From assembly GCA_963720885.1 (NCBI GenBank), contig CAVRGW010000004.1, positions 18,674 to 82,673 of the forward strand: 64,000 nucleotides of DNA, read 5' to 3'. Source of the DNA: an uncultured Actinomycetes bacterium. GTDB lineage: Bacteria > Actinomycetota > Thermoleophilia > Gaiellales > JAICJC01. The notes below the pieces were generated by a model. The model was not told where the DNA came from. It was given only the letters and a program-made list of their open reading frames with translations, and did no database searches. Both the position numbers and the translations under genes were made by a program. Below, piece by piece: positions 26,452 through 35,166 of this stretch (position 1 is its first letter; every line of letters starts with the position of its first letter).

Positions 26452-27828
26452 ATGGCCACTACGAGCACACGACCGCTCGCGGACGTGATCCGCCGCAAGG
26501 CGGAGGAGGATGGGATCGAGTTCGTCTTCGCGCAGTTTGTGGATATGAATGCGAAGCCGTCGGCGAAGCTGGTGCCGATCACGAACTGGGATAATATGGT
26601 GTCTGAGGGTGCGGGTTTCGCGGGGTTTGCGGCGGGGCCGATCGGTCAGACGCCGGCGTCGCCGGACATGATGGCGGTGCCTGACCTTGCGTCGTACACG
26701 GCGGTGCCGTTCAAGCCGGGGCTGGCTCGGTTTGCCTGCGACATCACGGTCGAGGGTGAGGAGTGGCCGTATTGTCCGCGGACGATCCTTCGCAGGCAGC
26801 TTGCGCGTGCCGCCGAGCTCGGGTTCACGTTCAAGGTGGGGATGGAGCTGGAGTTCTTCCTGCTGCGCGAGTCGGCGGACGGCGGGATTGAGCTGGCGGA
26901 TCCGCTCGACAACTTGGCCCAGCCGTGTTACGACATGAAAGGGCTGACCCGGCAGTACGATTTCCTGTCGACGCTGTCGGGCTATGTGAACCGGCTGGGC
27001 TGGGGGTCGTACGCGAACGACCATGAGGATGCGAATGGCCAGTTTGAGTCGAACTTCGAGTTCGCGGATGCGCTGACCACGGCCGATCGGGCGATCTTCT
27101 TTCGCTACATGGTGCACGCCATGGCCCAGGAGCGGGGCATGCTGGCCACGTTCATGGCCAAGCCGTTCGGCCATCTGACGGGCAATGGCGGGCACTTCCA
27201 CATGAGCCTCTGGGATCGGGACGGCGCGGTCGACCTGTTCGCCGACGACAGCGATCCGCAGGGTCTGGGCCTTTCCAAGCTGGGCTACCGCTTCACCGCG
27301 GGGCTGCTCAAGCACGCCAGCGCGTACATCGCGGTCACGGCGCCGACGGTGAACAGCTACAAGCGGCTGACGACGACGGCGGGGACGCCGACGTCGGGCG
27401 CGACGTGGTCGCCGATCTTCATCACCTACGGCGCGAACAATCGTACGCAGATGCTGCGGGTGCCGGGCGGGCACGTCGAGGACCGCACGGTGGACGGCTC
27501 GTGCAACCCGTACCTGGCGATGGCCGTGATCCTGGCAGCCGGGCTGGACGGCGTCGAGAACGAGCTCGACGCGGGCCCGTTCAACGACGCCAACCTGTAC
27601 ACGATGACCCGCGCGGAGCTGAAGGCGGCGGGGATCGAGCTGCTGCCCGCCAACCTGCTGGACGCGACCCGCAACCTGGCGGAGGACGACGTCATCCGCA
27701 AGGCGCTGGGCAACACCGGCACCGAGGACTACGTGGACTACTACGTCAAGACCAAGCAGGAGGAGTGGAGCGCCTACCACGAGCAGGTCACGCCGTGGGA
27801 GGTGCAACGCTACCTCACGCTCTTCTAG
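26452..27828 (+). CDS. glnT: GlnT-type glutamate-amine ligase, probable gamma-glutamylmethylamide synthetase (GmaS)
   Basis: FVD....SAKLVP, GAGFAGFA, QPCYD, NDHEDANGQFE, ATFMAKPF..LTGNG.H.H, NNRTQMLR. GGAGGAGG RBS. Confidence 0.85.
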   Translation: MATTSTRPLADVIRRKAEEDGIEFVFAQFVDMNAKPSAKLVPITNWDNMVSEGAGFAGFAAGPIGQTPASPDMMAVPDLASYTAVPFKPGLARFACDITVEGEEWPYCPRTILRRQLARAAELGFTFKVGMELEFFLLRESADGGIELADPLDNLAQPCYDMKGLTRQYDFLSTLSGYVNRLGWGSYANDHEDANGQFESNFEFADALTTADRAIFFRYMVHAMAQERGMLATFMAKPFGHLTGNGGHFHMSLWDRDGAVDLFADDSDPQGLGLSKLGYRFTAGLLKHASAYIAVTAPTVNSYKRLTTTAGTPTSGATWSPIFITYGANNRTQMLRVPGGHVEDRTVDGSCNPYLAMAVILAAGLDGVENELDAGPFNDANLYTMTRAELKAAGIELLPANLLDATRNLAEDDVIRKALGNTGTEDYVDYYVKTKQEEWSAYHEQVTPWEVQRYLTLF

Positions 27829-28026
27829 CGTGGACCGATTCACATCCGCACATACGGCGGCGGTGAATTGTTCTTCGCCTCGGCACTGCCTTCCAGTGCC
27901 GGAGATCCGTACCATCTGCCCAGGTCCCGGCCCGGTCGGACGGGCGCGGACCGGCACGTGGGCTGTGTTCAATCCTCTATAAGAGGTCGCCCACCGGCGC
28001 GACCGGCAAACGACCAAGGTGCGACA

Positions 28027-28287
28027 TTGAGCTTCATCCTGACCTGTCCAAACTGCGGGCCCCGCCCGGTTGACGAGTTCGGCTACGGAGGCGAGGTGAC
28101 GAACCGGGTCACCTCCTCCGAGGACGAGCGCGAGCTCTTCTCCTACCTCTACTTCCGGCGCAACGTCGCCGGCGATCAGCGCGAGTGGTGGTTCCACTCC
28201 AGCGGCTGTCGCGAATGGTTCCAGGCCGAGCGCAACACCGATCGCAACCAGGTGCTGCAGGTCGCGCGTCCGGGGGCGCTGCAGTGA
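28027..28287 (+). CDS. soxD: Heterotetrameric sarcosine oxidase / NMG dehydrogenase delta subunit
   Basis: TTG start. CPNCGPR..EF.YGGE, YLYFRRN..G...EWW.H..GC..WF...R.T. Confidence 0.88.
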   Translation: MSFILTCPNCGPRPVDEFGYGGEVTNRVTSSEDERELFSYLYFRRNVAGDQREWWFHSSGCREWFQAERNTDRNQVLQVARPGALQ

Positions 28288-31013
28288 GCCGGCTGAGCGA
28301 GCGCCGCGGCGAGCTGATCGACCGCGGCCGCACCATCACCTTCAGCTGGGAGGGTAAGACCTACAAGGGCCACAAGGGCGACACGATCGCCTCGGCCCTG
28401 TACGAGGCCGGCGTCCGCGTCTTCTCCCGATCGTTCAAGTACCATCGCCCGCGCGGGCTGATGTGCTGCTCCGGCCAGTGCCCGAACTGCCTGGTCGAGG
28501 TGGACGGCGAGCCCACCGTGCGCGCCTGCATGACGCCCATCGAGCAGGGCATGGAGGTCAACCACCTGAACGCGTGGCCGTCGCTCGAGCGCGACTTCCT
28601 GCACATGGTCGGCAAGGCGACGCCGTCGTTCGGCATGCAGGTCGGCTTCTACTACAAGACCTTCATTCGGCCCCGCCGGCTGTGGCCGTTCTACGAGAAG
28701 ATCCTGCGCAACGCGGCTGGGCTCGGCCGGCTGGACGAGGAGCACCGTCGCACCGACCGGTACGAGAAGGTGCACCGCCACGTCGACGTGCTGGTGATCG
28801 GCGGCGGGCAGTCCGGGCTGGAGGCCGCCACCCAGGCGGCGTCCGAGGGCAAGCACACGGTCGTGATCGAGGAGGGCTTTGCGCTGGGCGGCCGTCTCGC
28901 CTATGGCACGGCCGACGAGATGCGCGAGCGCGACGCGCTGGTCGACGCGGCGCGCGCGGCCGGCGTCGAGTTCCTGCAGCCCGCGTACGCCGGCGGCGTC
29001 TACGAGGGGCTACTGGTGCCGGTGTTCCAGGGCAAGACGATGTACCGCTTCCGCGCCGCGGAGCTGGTGCTGGCCACGGGCTCGATCGAGCAGCCCCTGG
29101 TGTTCGGCAACAACGACCTGCCCGGCATCATGCTGGGCGGCGCGGCGCGCCGGCTCGCCAATCAGTTCCGCATCGCCCCGGGCGGCCAGGCCGTCGTCGT
29201 CACGTCGGGCGATGAGGGCATCGTCGCCGCCAGTGACCTTGCCGCGGCCGGAGTCGAGGTGGTCGCGGTCGCCGACTCGCGCGACGTCGAGACCGACGTC
29301 CGGCTTTCGGACGCGGGAATCGAGCACCTGACGGGCTTCACGCCCGTGCGGGCCAAGGGTTCGAAGCACGTTACCGGCGTCGTCGTCGCCAGGGACGGCG
29401 AGGAGCGCACATTCGGCTGCGACCTGCTGGTGGTGTCCGGGCGCAGCGCCGGCGCCTACGGCTTCCTCTCGCAGGCCGGCGGCAGCATCCGCTACGACCG
29501 CGAGCAGGGTCGCTACGTCCCGGACGTGGTGCCGGAGGGCGTGCGGGTGGTCGGCGAGCTGGCCGGCGCCGCGGCGGCCGGCGGCGCCGTGCCGGCCAAG
29601 GCGAAGGACTCGGGCTGCAAGCAGTTCGTCTGCTTCTGCGAGGACGTCACCACCAAGGACGTCAACCTGTCGGTCAGCGAGGGGTTCGCGTCGCTGGAGC
29701 TGTCCAAGCGCTACACCACGGTCACCATGGGGCCGTGCCAGGGCCGGATGTGCCACCGGAACTCCGGCCTGGTGATCGCCGACGAACTGGGCGTCGACCC
29801 CGAGGAGCAGCGGGTCGGCGTGACCACGGCGCGGCCGCCGCACAACCCGACCAGCTTCTCGCTGCTGGCCGCCCGCGGGTACGAGCCGGTGAAGCGCACG
29901 AGCACGCACCACTGGCATGCGGAGCACGGCGGCAAGATGCTGTGGGCCGGCGACTGGAAGCGGCCGTACGACTACGGCGACGCCGGCTCCGAGGTGGCCG
30001 CGGTGCATGACTCGCTCGGGCTGATCGACGTCTCCACGCTGGGCAAGATGATCGTCCGCGGGCCCGACGCCGCCGCCTTCCTGGAGCGGATCTACCCGAA
30101 TCGCTTCGGCGACATGAAGCTGGCGCGCGTCCGCTACGGCATCGTCTGCGGGGACGACGGGTCGGTGCTGGACGACGGCACCGTGGCCCGCGTGTCCGAG
30201 GACGAGTACTACGTGACGACCACCTCGTCGGGTGCGGGCGGCATGGAGCAGTGGTTCACCTGGTGGAACGCGGTCTGGGGGATGGACGTCGAGATCGTCA
30301 ACGTCACCTCCGCGGTGGCGGCGTTCAATCTGGCGGGGCCGAAGGCGCGCGAGGCGCTGGCGCCGCTGACGGCGTTCGACCTCTCGAACGAGGCGTTCCC
30401 GTACCTGGGCGCCGGCCACGCCGAGATCGCGGGTGTGCCCTGCCTGCTGCTGCGGATCGGCTTCGTGGGCGAACTCGGCTACGAGATCCATCTGCCGACG
30501 GCCGCCGGCGAGTACCTGTGGGACGCGCTGATGGATGCCGGGGCGGAGCACGACGTCCGGCCGTTCGGCCTCGAGCCGCAGCGGGTGCTGCGCCTCGAGA
30601 AGATGCACGTGATCGTCGGCCAGGACACGAACGCCGAGTCCAACCCGTTCGAGGCCGCCATGCCGTGGATCGTCAAGCTGGACAAGGAGAGCGACTGGAT
30701 CGGCCGCTACCAGCTCGAGTATCTGAACCGGCGCGGAAACCGCAACGAGCTGGTCGGCTTCGTGTGCGACAACGGCAAGACGCCGGTCGAGGGCTCGCAG
30801 GTGATCGGCGCCGACGGCGATCCCGCGGGCCGGATCACCAGCTCCCGCTTCTCGAAGCGGCTGGGCCGGGCGATCGGCATCGCCTGGGTGCCGGTGGCGT
30901 CCTCCGAGGAGGGGACGCGGATCGACATCTCCGACCCGACCGGCGCCAGGATCCCGGCGGTCGTCACGCACAAGGCCTTCTACGACCCGGATGGAGAGAG
31001 GTTGCGCTCATGA
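28284..31013 (+). CDS. soxA: Heterotetrameric sarcosine oxidase / NMG dehydrogenase alpha subunit
   Basis: GDTIASAL, SRSFKYHRPRG, GFYYKTF, VIGGGQSG, KRYTT..MGPCQG, DVSTLGK and a GcvT-like C-terminus. Confidence 0.9.
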   Translation: MSRLSERRGELIDRGRTITFSWEGKTYKGHKGDTIASALYEAGVRVFSRSFKYHRPRGLMCCSGQCPNCLVEVDGEPTVRACMTPIEQGMEVNHLNAWPSLERDFLHMVGKATPSFGMQVGFYYKTFIRPRRLWPFYEKILRNAAGLGRLDEEHRRTDRYEKVHRHVDVLVIGGGQSGLEAATQAASEGKHTVVIEEGFALGGRLAYGTADEMRERDALVDAARAAGVEFLQPAYAGGVYEGLLVPVFQGKTMYRFRAAELVLATGSIEQPLVFGNNDLPGIMLGGAARRLANQFRIAPGGQAVVVTSGDEGIVAASDLAAAGVEVVAVADSRDVETDVRLSDAGIEHLTGFTPVRAKGSKHVTGVVVARDGEERTFGCDLLVVSGRSAGAYGFLSQAGGSIRYDREQGRYVPDVVPEGVRVVGELAGAAAAGGAVPAKAKDSGCKQFVCFCEDVTTKDVNLSVSEGFASLELSKRYTTVTMGPCQGRMCHRNSGLVIADELGVDPEEQRVGVTTARPPHNPTSFSLLAARGYEPVKRTSTHHWHAEHGGKMLWAGDWKRPYDYGDAGSEVAAVHDSLGLIDVSTLGKMIVRGPDAAAFLERIYPNRFGDMKLARVRYGIVCGDDGSVLDDGTVARVSEDEYYVTTTSSGAGGMEQWFTWWNAVWGMDVEIVNVTSAVAAFNLAGPKAREALAPLTAFDLSNEAFPYLGAGHAEIAGVPCLLLRIGFVGELGYEIHLPTAAGEYLWDALMDAGAEHDVRPFGLEPQRVLRLEKMHVIVGQDTNAESNPFEAAMPWIVKLDKESDWIGRYQLEYLNRRGNRNELVGFVCDNGKTPVEGSQVIGADGDPAGRITSSRFSKRLGRAIGIAWVPVASSEEGTRIDISDPTGARIPAVVTHKAFYDPDGERLRS

Positions 31014-31678
31014 GCGACTCGTTCGCGTTCCTGTCGCCCGCCGCGGTGCGGTCCACGGACGGCCACCGGCCGCTGCTGCGCACCCCGATCGAGCGAAGCC
31101 ACATCGCGGCCGGCGCCACGATCGAGGAGGCCGGCGGCTGGCGGATCGCCCGCTACGACGTCGAGCCGGGCGAAGCGTGGCTGGCCGACGTGTCCCACAC
31201 CGGCAAGCTGGACGTCCGCGGCGACGCGGCGCGCGTCGACGAGCTGACGGGGGGCGCCGACCTGGGCGCCGCCAGCCACCACGACGGCGTCTGGACGCTG
31301 CGCATCTCGCCGACCCACGCCGCCGTGATCTGCCCGTTCGAGCGCGTCACCGACCTCAGCGAGCGGATCGGCGCGGGCGTGACCGACATGACGTGCGGCT
31401 GGGCGGCGTTCACGCTCGGCGGCCCCGCCATGCGCGAGGTGTTCATGCGCTCGTCGAGCCTCGACGTCCGCGAGAGCCGGTTCCCGGGCGGCCGCTGCAT
31501 GGCCGGGTCGGTGATGCGGGCGGGGACGATCCTGCTCAACGAGGGCGACCGCTTCCGCATGCTGGTCAACTGGGAGCTCGGCGAGTATTTCTGGGATGCG
31601 ATCCTGGACGCCGGAGTGAACTTCGGGATCGCGCCGGTCTCCGCGAGCGTTGCGCTGCGCGAGGGGGTGGCCGTCTGA
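31010..31678 (+). CDS. soxG: Sarcosine oxidase gamma-like subunit
   Basis: ATGA overlap with alpha. LGGP.MREV, LDVR...F..G, YFWDAILDAG. Confidence 0.75.
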   Translation: MSDSFAFLSPAAVRSTDGHRPLLRTPIERSHIAAGATIEEAGGWRIARYDVEPGEAWLADVSHTGKLDVRGDAARVDELTGGADLGAASHHDGVWTLRISPTHAAVICPFERVTDLSERIGAGVTDMTCGWAAFTLGGPAMREVFMRSSSLDVRESRFPGGRCMAGSVMRAGTILLNEGDRFRMLVNWELGEYFWDAILDAGVNFGIAPVSASVALREGVAV

Positions 31679-32889
31679 TGCTGGGTCTGTTGCGAAAGCA
31701 CAAGTACTTCCGCTCGCACGACCTCAAGTCGAGCTACGACGTCGTCATCATCGGCGCCGGAGCACATGGCCTGGCCACGGCCTATTACCTGGCCAAGCGC
31801 CACGGGCTGAAGCGGATCGCGGTGCTCGACAAGAGCTACATGGGCGCCGGCGCCTCCGGACGCAACACCACCATCATCCGCTCCAACTATCTGACCGCGG
31901 AGGGGGCGAGGTTCTACGAGGAGAGCGTCAAGATCTACGAGTCGCTGTCCCAGGACCTCGACTTCAACATGCTGTTCAGCCAGCATGGGCACCTGACGCT
32001 GGCCCACTCCGACCGGTCGCTGAACACGATGATGGAGCGCGCCGAGGTGAACCGGCTGGTGGGCGTCGACTCGCGCGTCGTCTACCCGGACGAGGTCAAG
32101 GAGCTGTGCCCGCAGCTCGATACGTCCGATCACCCGACGTTCCCGATCCTGGGCGCGCTGTACCACCCGCCCGGCGGCGTGATCCGCCATGACGCCGTGG
32201 TCTGGGGCTACGGCAAGGAGGCCGACAAGCTCGGCGTCGAGATCCACCAGTACACCGAGGTGACGGGGATCAACGTCGAGAACGGCCGGGTCACCGGCGT
32301 CGAGACCAACCGTGGCACGATCGCCTGCGGCACGGTCATCTCGTGCGTCGCCGGCTGGAGCACCCTGACCTGCGACATGGTCGGAGTGCCGCTGCCGCTG
32401 ACCACCCACATCCTGCAGGCCTGCGTCACCGAGCCGGTGAAGCCGCTGCTGGACAAGATCATCGTGTCCGGCACGCTGCACATCTACATCAGCCAGTCCG
32501 ACCGCGGCGAGTTCGTGATGGGCTCGGAGATCGAGCCGTACTCGGGCTACTCGCCGATCTCGACGTTCCGGTTCATCGAGGACCTGGCGATGCACATGAT
32601 CGAGCTGTTGCCGATGCTCGGCCACGCCAAGATCCTGCGGCAGTGGACGGGCCTGTGCGACGTCTCGCCCGACTACTCGCCGATCATGGGGCTGACCGAG
32701 GTGGACGGCTTCATCATCGACGCCGGCTGGGGCACCTACGGCTTCAAGGCCTCTCCGATCGTCGGTCGCACGATCGCCGACCTGGTCGGCACCGGCACCA
32801 CCCCCGATCTGATCCATCCCTTCCGGCTGGCCCGCTTCTACGAGGACGAGCTCGTCTCCGAGCGCGGCGCCGCCGCAGTCAGTCACTGA
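31678..32889 (+). CDS. soxB: Heterotetrameric sarcosine oxidase / NMG dehydrogenase beta subunit
   Basis: YDVVIIGAGAHGLATAYYL, GRNTTIIRSNY, RHDAVVWGY, GWGTYGFKA, E.GAAAVSH. Confidence 0.9.
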   Translation: MLGLLRKHKYFRSHDLKSSYDVVIIGAGAHGLATAYYLAKRHGLKRIAVLDKSYMGAGASGRNTTIIRSNYLTAEGARFYEESVKIYESLSQDLDFNMLFSQHGHLTLAHSDRSLNTMMERAEVNRLVGVDSRVVYPDEVKELCPQLDTSDHPTFPILGALYHPPGGVIRHDAVVWGYGKEADKLGVEIHQYTEVTGINVENGRVTGVETNRGTIACGTVISCVAGWSTLTCDMVGVPLPLTTHILQACVTEPVKPLLDKIIVSGTLHIYISQSDRGEFVMGSEIEPYSGYSPISTFRFIEDLAMHMIELLPMLGHAKILRQWTGLCDVSPDYSPIMGLTEVDGFIIDAGWGTYGFKASPIVGRTIADLVGTGTTPDLIHPFRLARFYEDELVSERGAAAVSH

Positions 32890-32899
32890 GGAAAGGCAC

Positions 32900-34582
32900 A
32901 TGACCACGATGACGATGAAGAGCAGCCTGGAGATCGCGCAGGAAGCAACGCTCCGGCCGGTGATGGACATCGCCAGGGAGATCGGCCTGGAAGAGGACGA
33001 GGTCGACCTGTACGGGCGGTACAAGGCCAAGATCAGCCTGGGCGCGATCGACCGCCTGGCCGGCGCGCCGGACGCGAAGATCGTCTGCGTGTCGGCGATC
33101 ACGCCGACCAAGGCGGGCGAGGGCAAGACCACCACGTCCGTGTCGCTGACCCAGGGACTGGGCCACATCGGCAAGCGCCCCGTGCTGTGCCTGCGCGAGC
33201 CGTCGCTCGGCCCGATCTTCGGGATCAAGGGCGGCGCGGCGGGCGGCGGCTACACACAGGTCGTTCCGATGGAGGATCTGAACCTCCACTTCACGGGCGA
33301 CTTCCACGCCGTTGCCGCAGCGAACAACATGCTCGCCGCGTTCATCGATCGTCACATCTTCTACGGCAACGAGTGCCGGATCGCCCCGCATGGCGTCGCC
33401 TGGCGGCGGGCCGTGGACATGAACGACCGCAACCTGCGCAACATCGTCAGCGGCCTCGGCGGCCCGACCCACGGGATCCCCCGCGAGACCGGCTTCGACA
33501 TCGTCGCCGCTTCCGAGGTGATGGCGATCATGGGTATGGCCACCTCGCTGCAGGACCTGCGCAAGCGGGTCGGGTCGATCACTGTCGCCTACGACCTCGA
33601 CGGCAATCCGGTCACCGCCGAGCAGATGGGCTGCGCCGGCGCGATGACGGTGCTGCTCAAGGACGCGCTCAAGCCGAACCTGATCCAGACGCTCGAGGGC
33701 CAGCCCTGCTTCATGCACATCGGCCCGTTCGGCAACATCGCGCACGGCAATAGCTCGATCGTGGCGGACCTGCTGGGCAAGAAGGTGGGCGACTATCTGA
33801 TCACCGAGGCCGGCTTCGGCTCCGACCTGGGCATGGAGAAGTTCATGGACATCGTCTGCCGCGCGGGCGGGTTCGGCCCGAATGCGGTGGTGATGGTGGC
33901 AACGGCCAAGGCGCTCAAGCACCACGGCGGCAACCTCGAGGCGACCGGCGCCGAGGGCCTGAAGGCGATCGAGGAGGGTTCGAAGAACCTCGAGCGCCAC
34001 ATCCTGAACGCCAAGGAGTTCGGCGTCCCCTGCGTCGTCGCCGCGAACCGCTTCCCGACCGACACGGACGAGGAGGTGGCGCTGGTGCAGAAGCTGGCGA
34101 TGGAGTACGGCGCCCACGCGGCCGTGCTCAACGAGGGCTTCGGCCGCGGCGGCGAGGGCGCGGCCGAGATGGCCGAGGCGGTCGCCGACGCCTGCGAGCA
34201 GCCGAACAGCTTCCACTTCGTCTACGAGGACTCGGATCCGATCGACGTCAAGATCGAGAAGATCGCGACCAAGATCTACCGGGCGGAGGGCGTCGACTTC
34301 CTGCCGGCGGCCCGGCAGAAGATCGACCAGTTCACCAAGGACGGCCTCACCGGCCTGTCGATCTGCATGGCGAAGACGCACCTCTCTCTGTCCGCGGACG
34401 CGGCGCTGACCAACGCGCCGACCGGATACCGGATCCCGGTGCGGGACATCCGCCCGTACACCGGTGCCGGGTTCCTGACGGCGCTCTGCGGCGACATCAT
34501 GCAGATGCCGGGGCTGGGTAAGACACCTGCCGGATTCAACGTCGACATCGACAAGGACGGCAAGACTGTCGGACTCTTCTAG
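32900..34582 (+). CDS. fhs: Formate-tetrahydrofolate ligase
   Basis: TPTKAGEGKTT, LREPSLGP.FGIKGGAAGGGY, NLHFTGD, GPFGNIAHG, TEAGFGSDLG.EKF, MPGL. Confidence 0.96.
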   Translation: MTTMTMKSSLEIAQEATLRPVMDIAREIGLEEDEVDLYGRYKAKISLGAIDRLAGAPDAKIVCVSAITPTKAGEGKTTTSVSLTQGLGHIGKRPVLCLREPSLGPIFGIKGGAAGGGYTQVVPMEDLNLHFTGDFHAVAAANNMLAAFIDRHIFYGNECRIAPHGVAWRRAVDMNDRNLRNIVSGLGGPTHGIPRETGFDIVAASEVMAIMGMATSLQDLRKRVGSITVAYDLDGNPVTAEQMGCAGAMTVLLKDALKPNLIQTLEGQPCFMHIGPFGNIAHGNSSIVADLLGKKVGDYLITEAGFGSDLGMEKFMDIVCRAGGFGPNAVVMVATAKALKHHGGNLEATGAEGLKAIEEGSKNLERHILNAKEFGVPCVVAANRFPTDTDEEVALVQKLAMEYGAHAAVLNEGFGRGGEGAAEMAEAVADACEQPNSFHFVYEDSDPIDVKIEKIATKIYRAEGVDFLPAARQKIDQFTKDGLTGLSICMAKTHLSLSADAALTNAPTGYRIPVRDIRPYTGAGFLTALCGDIMQMPGLGKTPAGFNVDIDKDGKTVGLF

Positions 34583-35165
34583 CGACCCCTACCTGTCGCG
34601 CTCGGTCGCCGATCTGCTGGACGACATGGCCGACCGGACGCCGGCGCCCGGCGGCGGCGCGGCGGCGGCGCTGACGTGCGCGATGGGTGCGGCGCTGGTC
34701 GAGATGGCGACGTCGTTCGGCTCGGCCCATGGGTTGGACCGCGTGCGCGCACGGGCGCACGAGATCCGCGAGGAGGTGTCGCTGCTCGCGCACGCGGACG
34801 GCGTCGCGTACGGCCACGTGCTGGATGCGCTGCGCGCGTCGGGCGACGAGCGCCACCGGCAGCTGGACGGCGCGGTGTCGGAGGCGATCGCCGTGCCGAT
34901 GCGCGTGCTCGAGCTGGCGTCGGAGGTGGCCACTCTGGCGGCCGACGTTGCCGAGACCGGCAACAGGAACCTCGAGGGCGACGCCCTGGCCGGCTCGCTG
35001 CTGGCCGAGGCGGCGGCCCGCTCGGCCGCGACGCTGGCGCAGATGAACGTCAGCATGCTCTCGCGCGGGTCGATCGCCGACGCGCAGCTCGAGAAGCTGC
35101 GCCCGGCCCTGGCGCGGGCCACCCGCGCGCGGGAGCGCGCGGTCGAGGCCTACGCCGCCATCTAG
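34566..35165 (+). CDS. Methenyl-THF cyclohydrolase / formiminotransferase-cyclodeaminase family (FchA-like), probable CTG start
   Basis: TPAPGGGAAAA, VP.....LA, GNRNL.GD. The first ATG (34626) appears to cut off the usual first helix. Confidence 0.8.
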   Translation: MSDSSSDPYLSRSVADLLDDMADRTPAPGGGAAAALTCAMGAALVEMATSFGSAHGLDRVRARAHEIREEVSLLAHADGVAYGHVLDALRASGDERHRQLDGAVSEAIAVPMRVLELASEVATLAADVAETGNRNLEGDALAGSLLAEAAARSAATLAQMNVSMLSRGSIADAQLEKLRPALARATRARERAVEAYAAI

Positions 35166-35166
35166 G

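Noticed and set aside
27916-27924. ZMP/ZTP riboswitch (CCTGGGCAG on the minus strand)
   Set aside because: Wrong orientation for any downstream gene and the 5' consensus is missing. None was recognised ahead of fhs or the pur genes either.
24403-28197. 1264-aa minus-strand ORF and similar long ORFs (6366-8228, 29010-30971, 31153-33228, 41881-43974, 53292-55415)
   Set aside because: Antisense or off-frame shadows of well-supported genes, expected at this GC content. No recognisable motifs.
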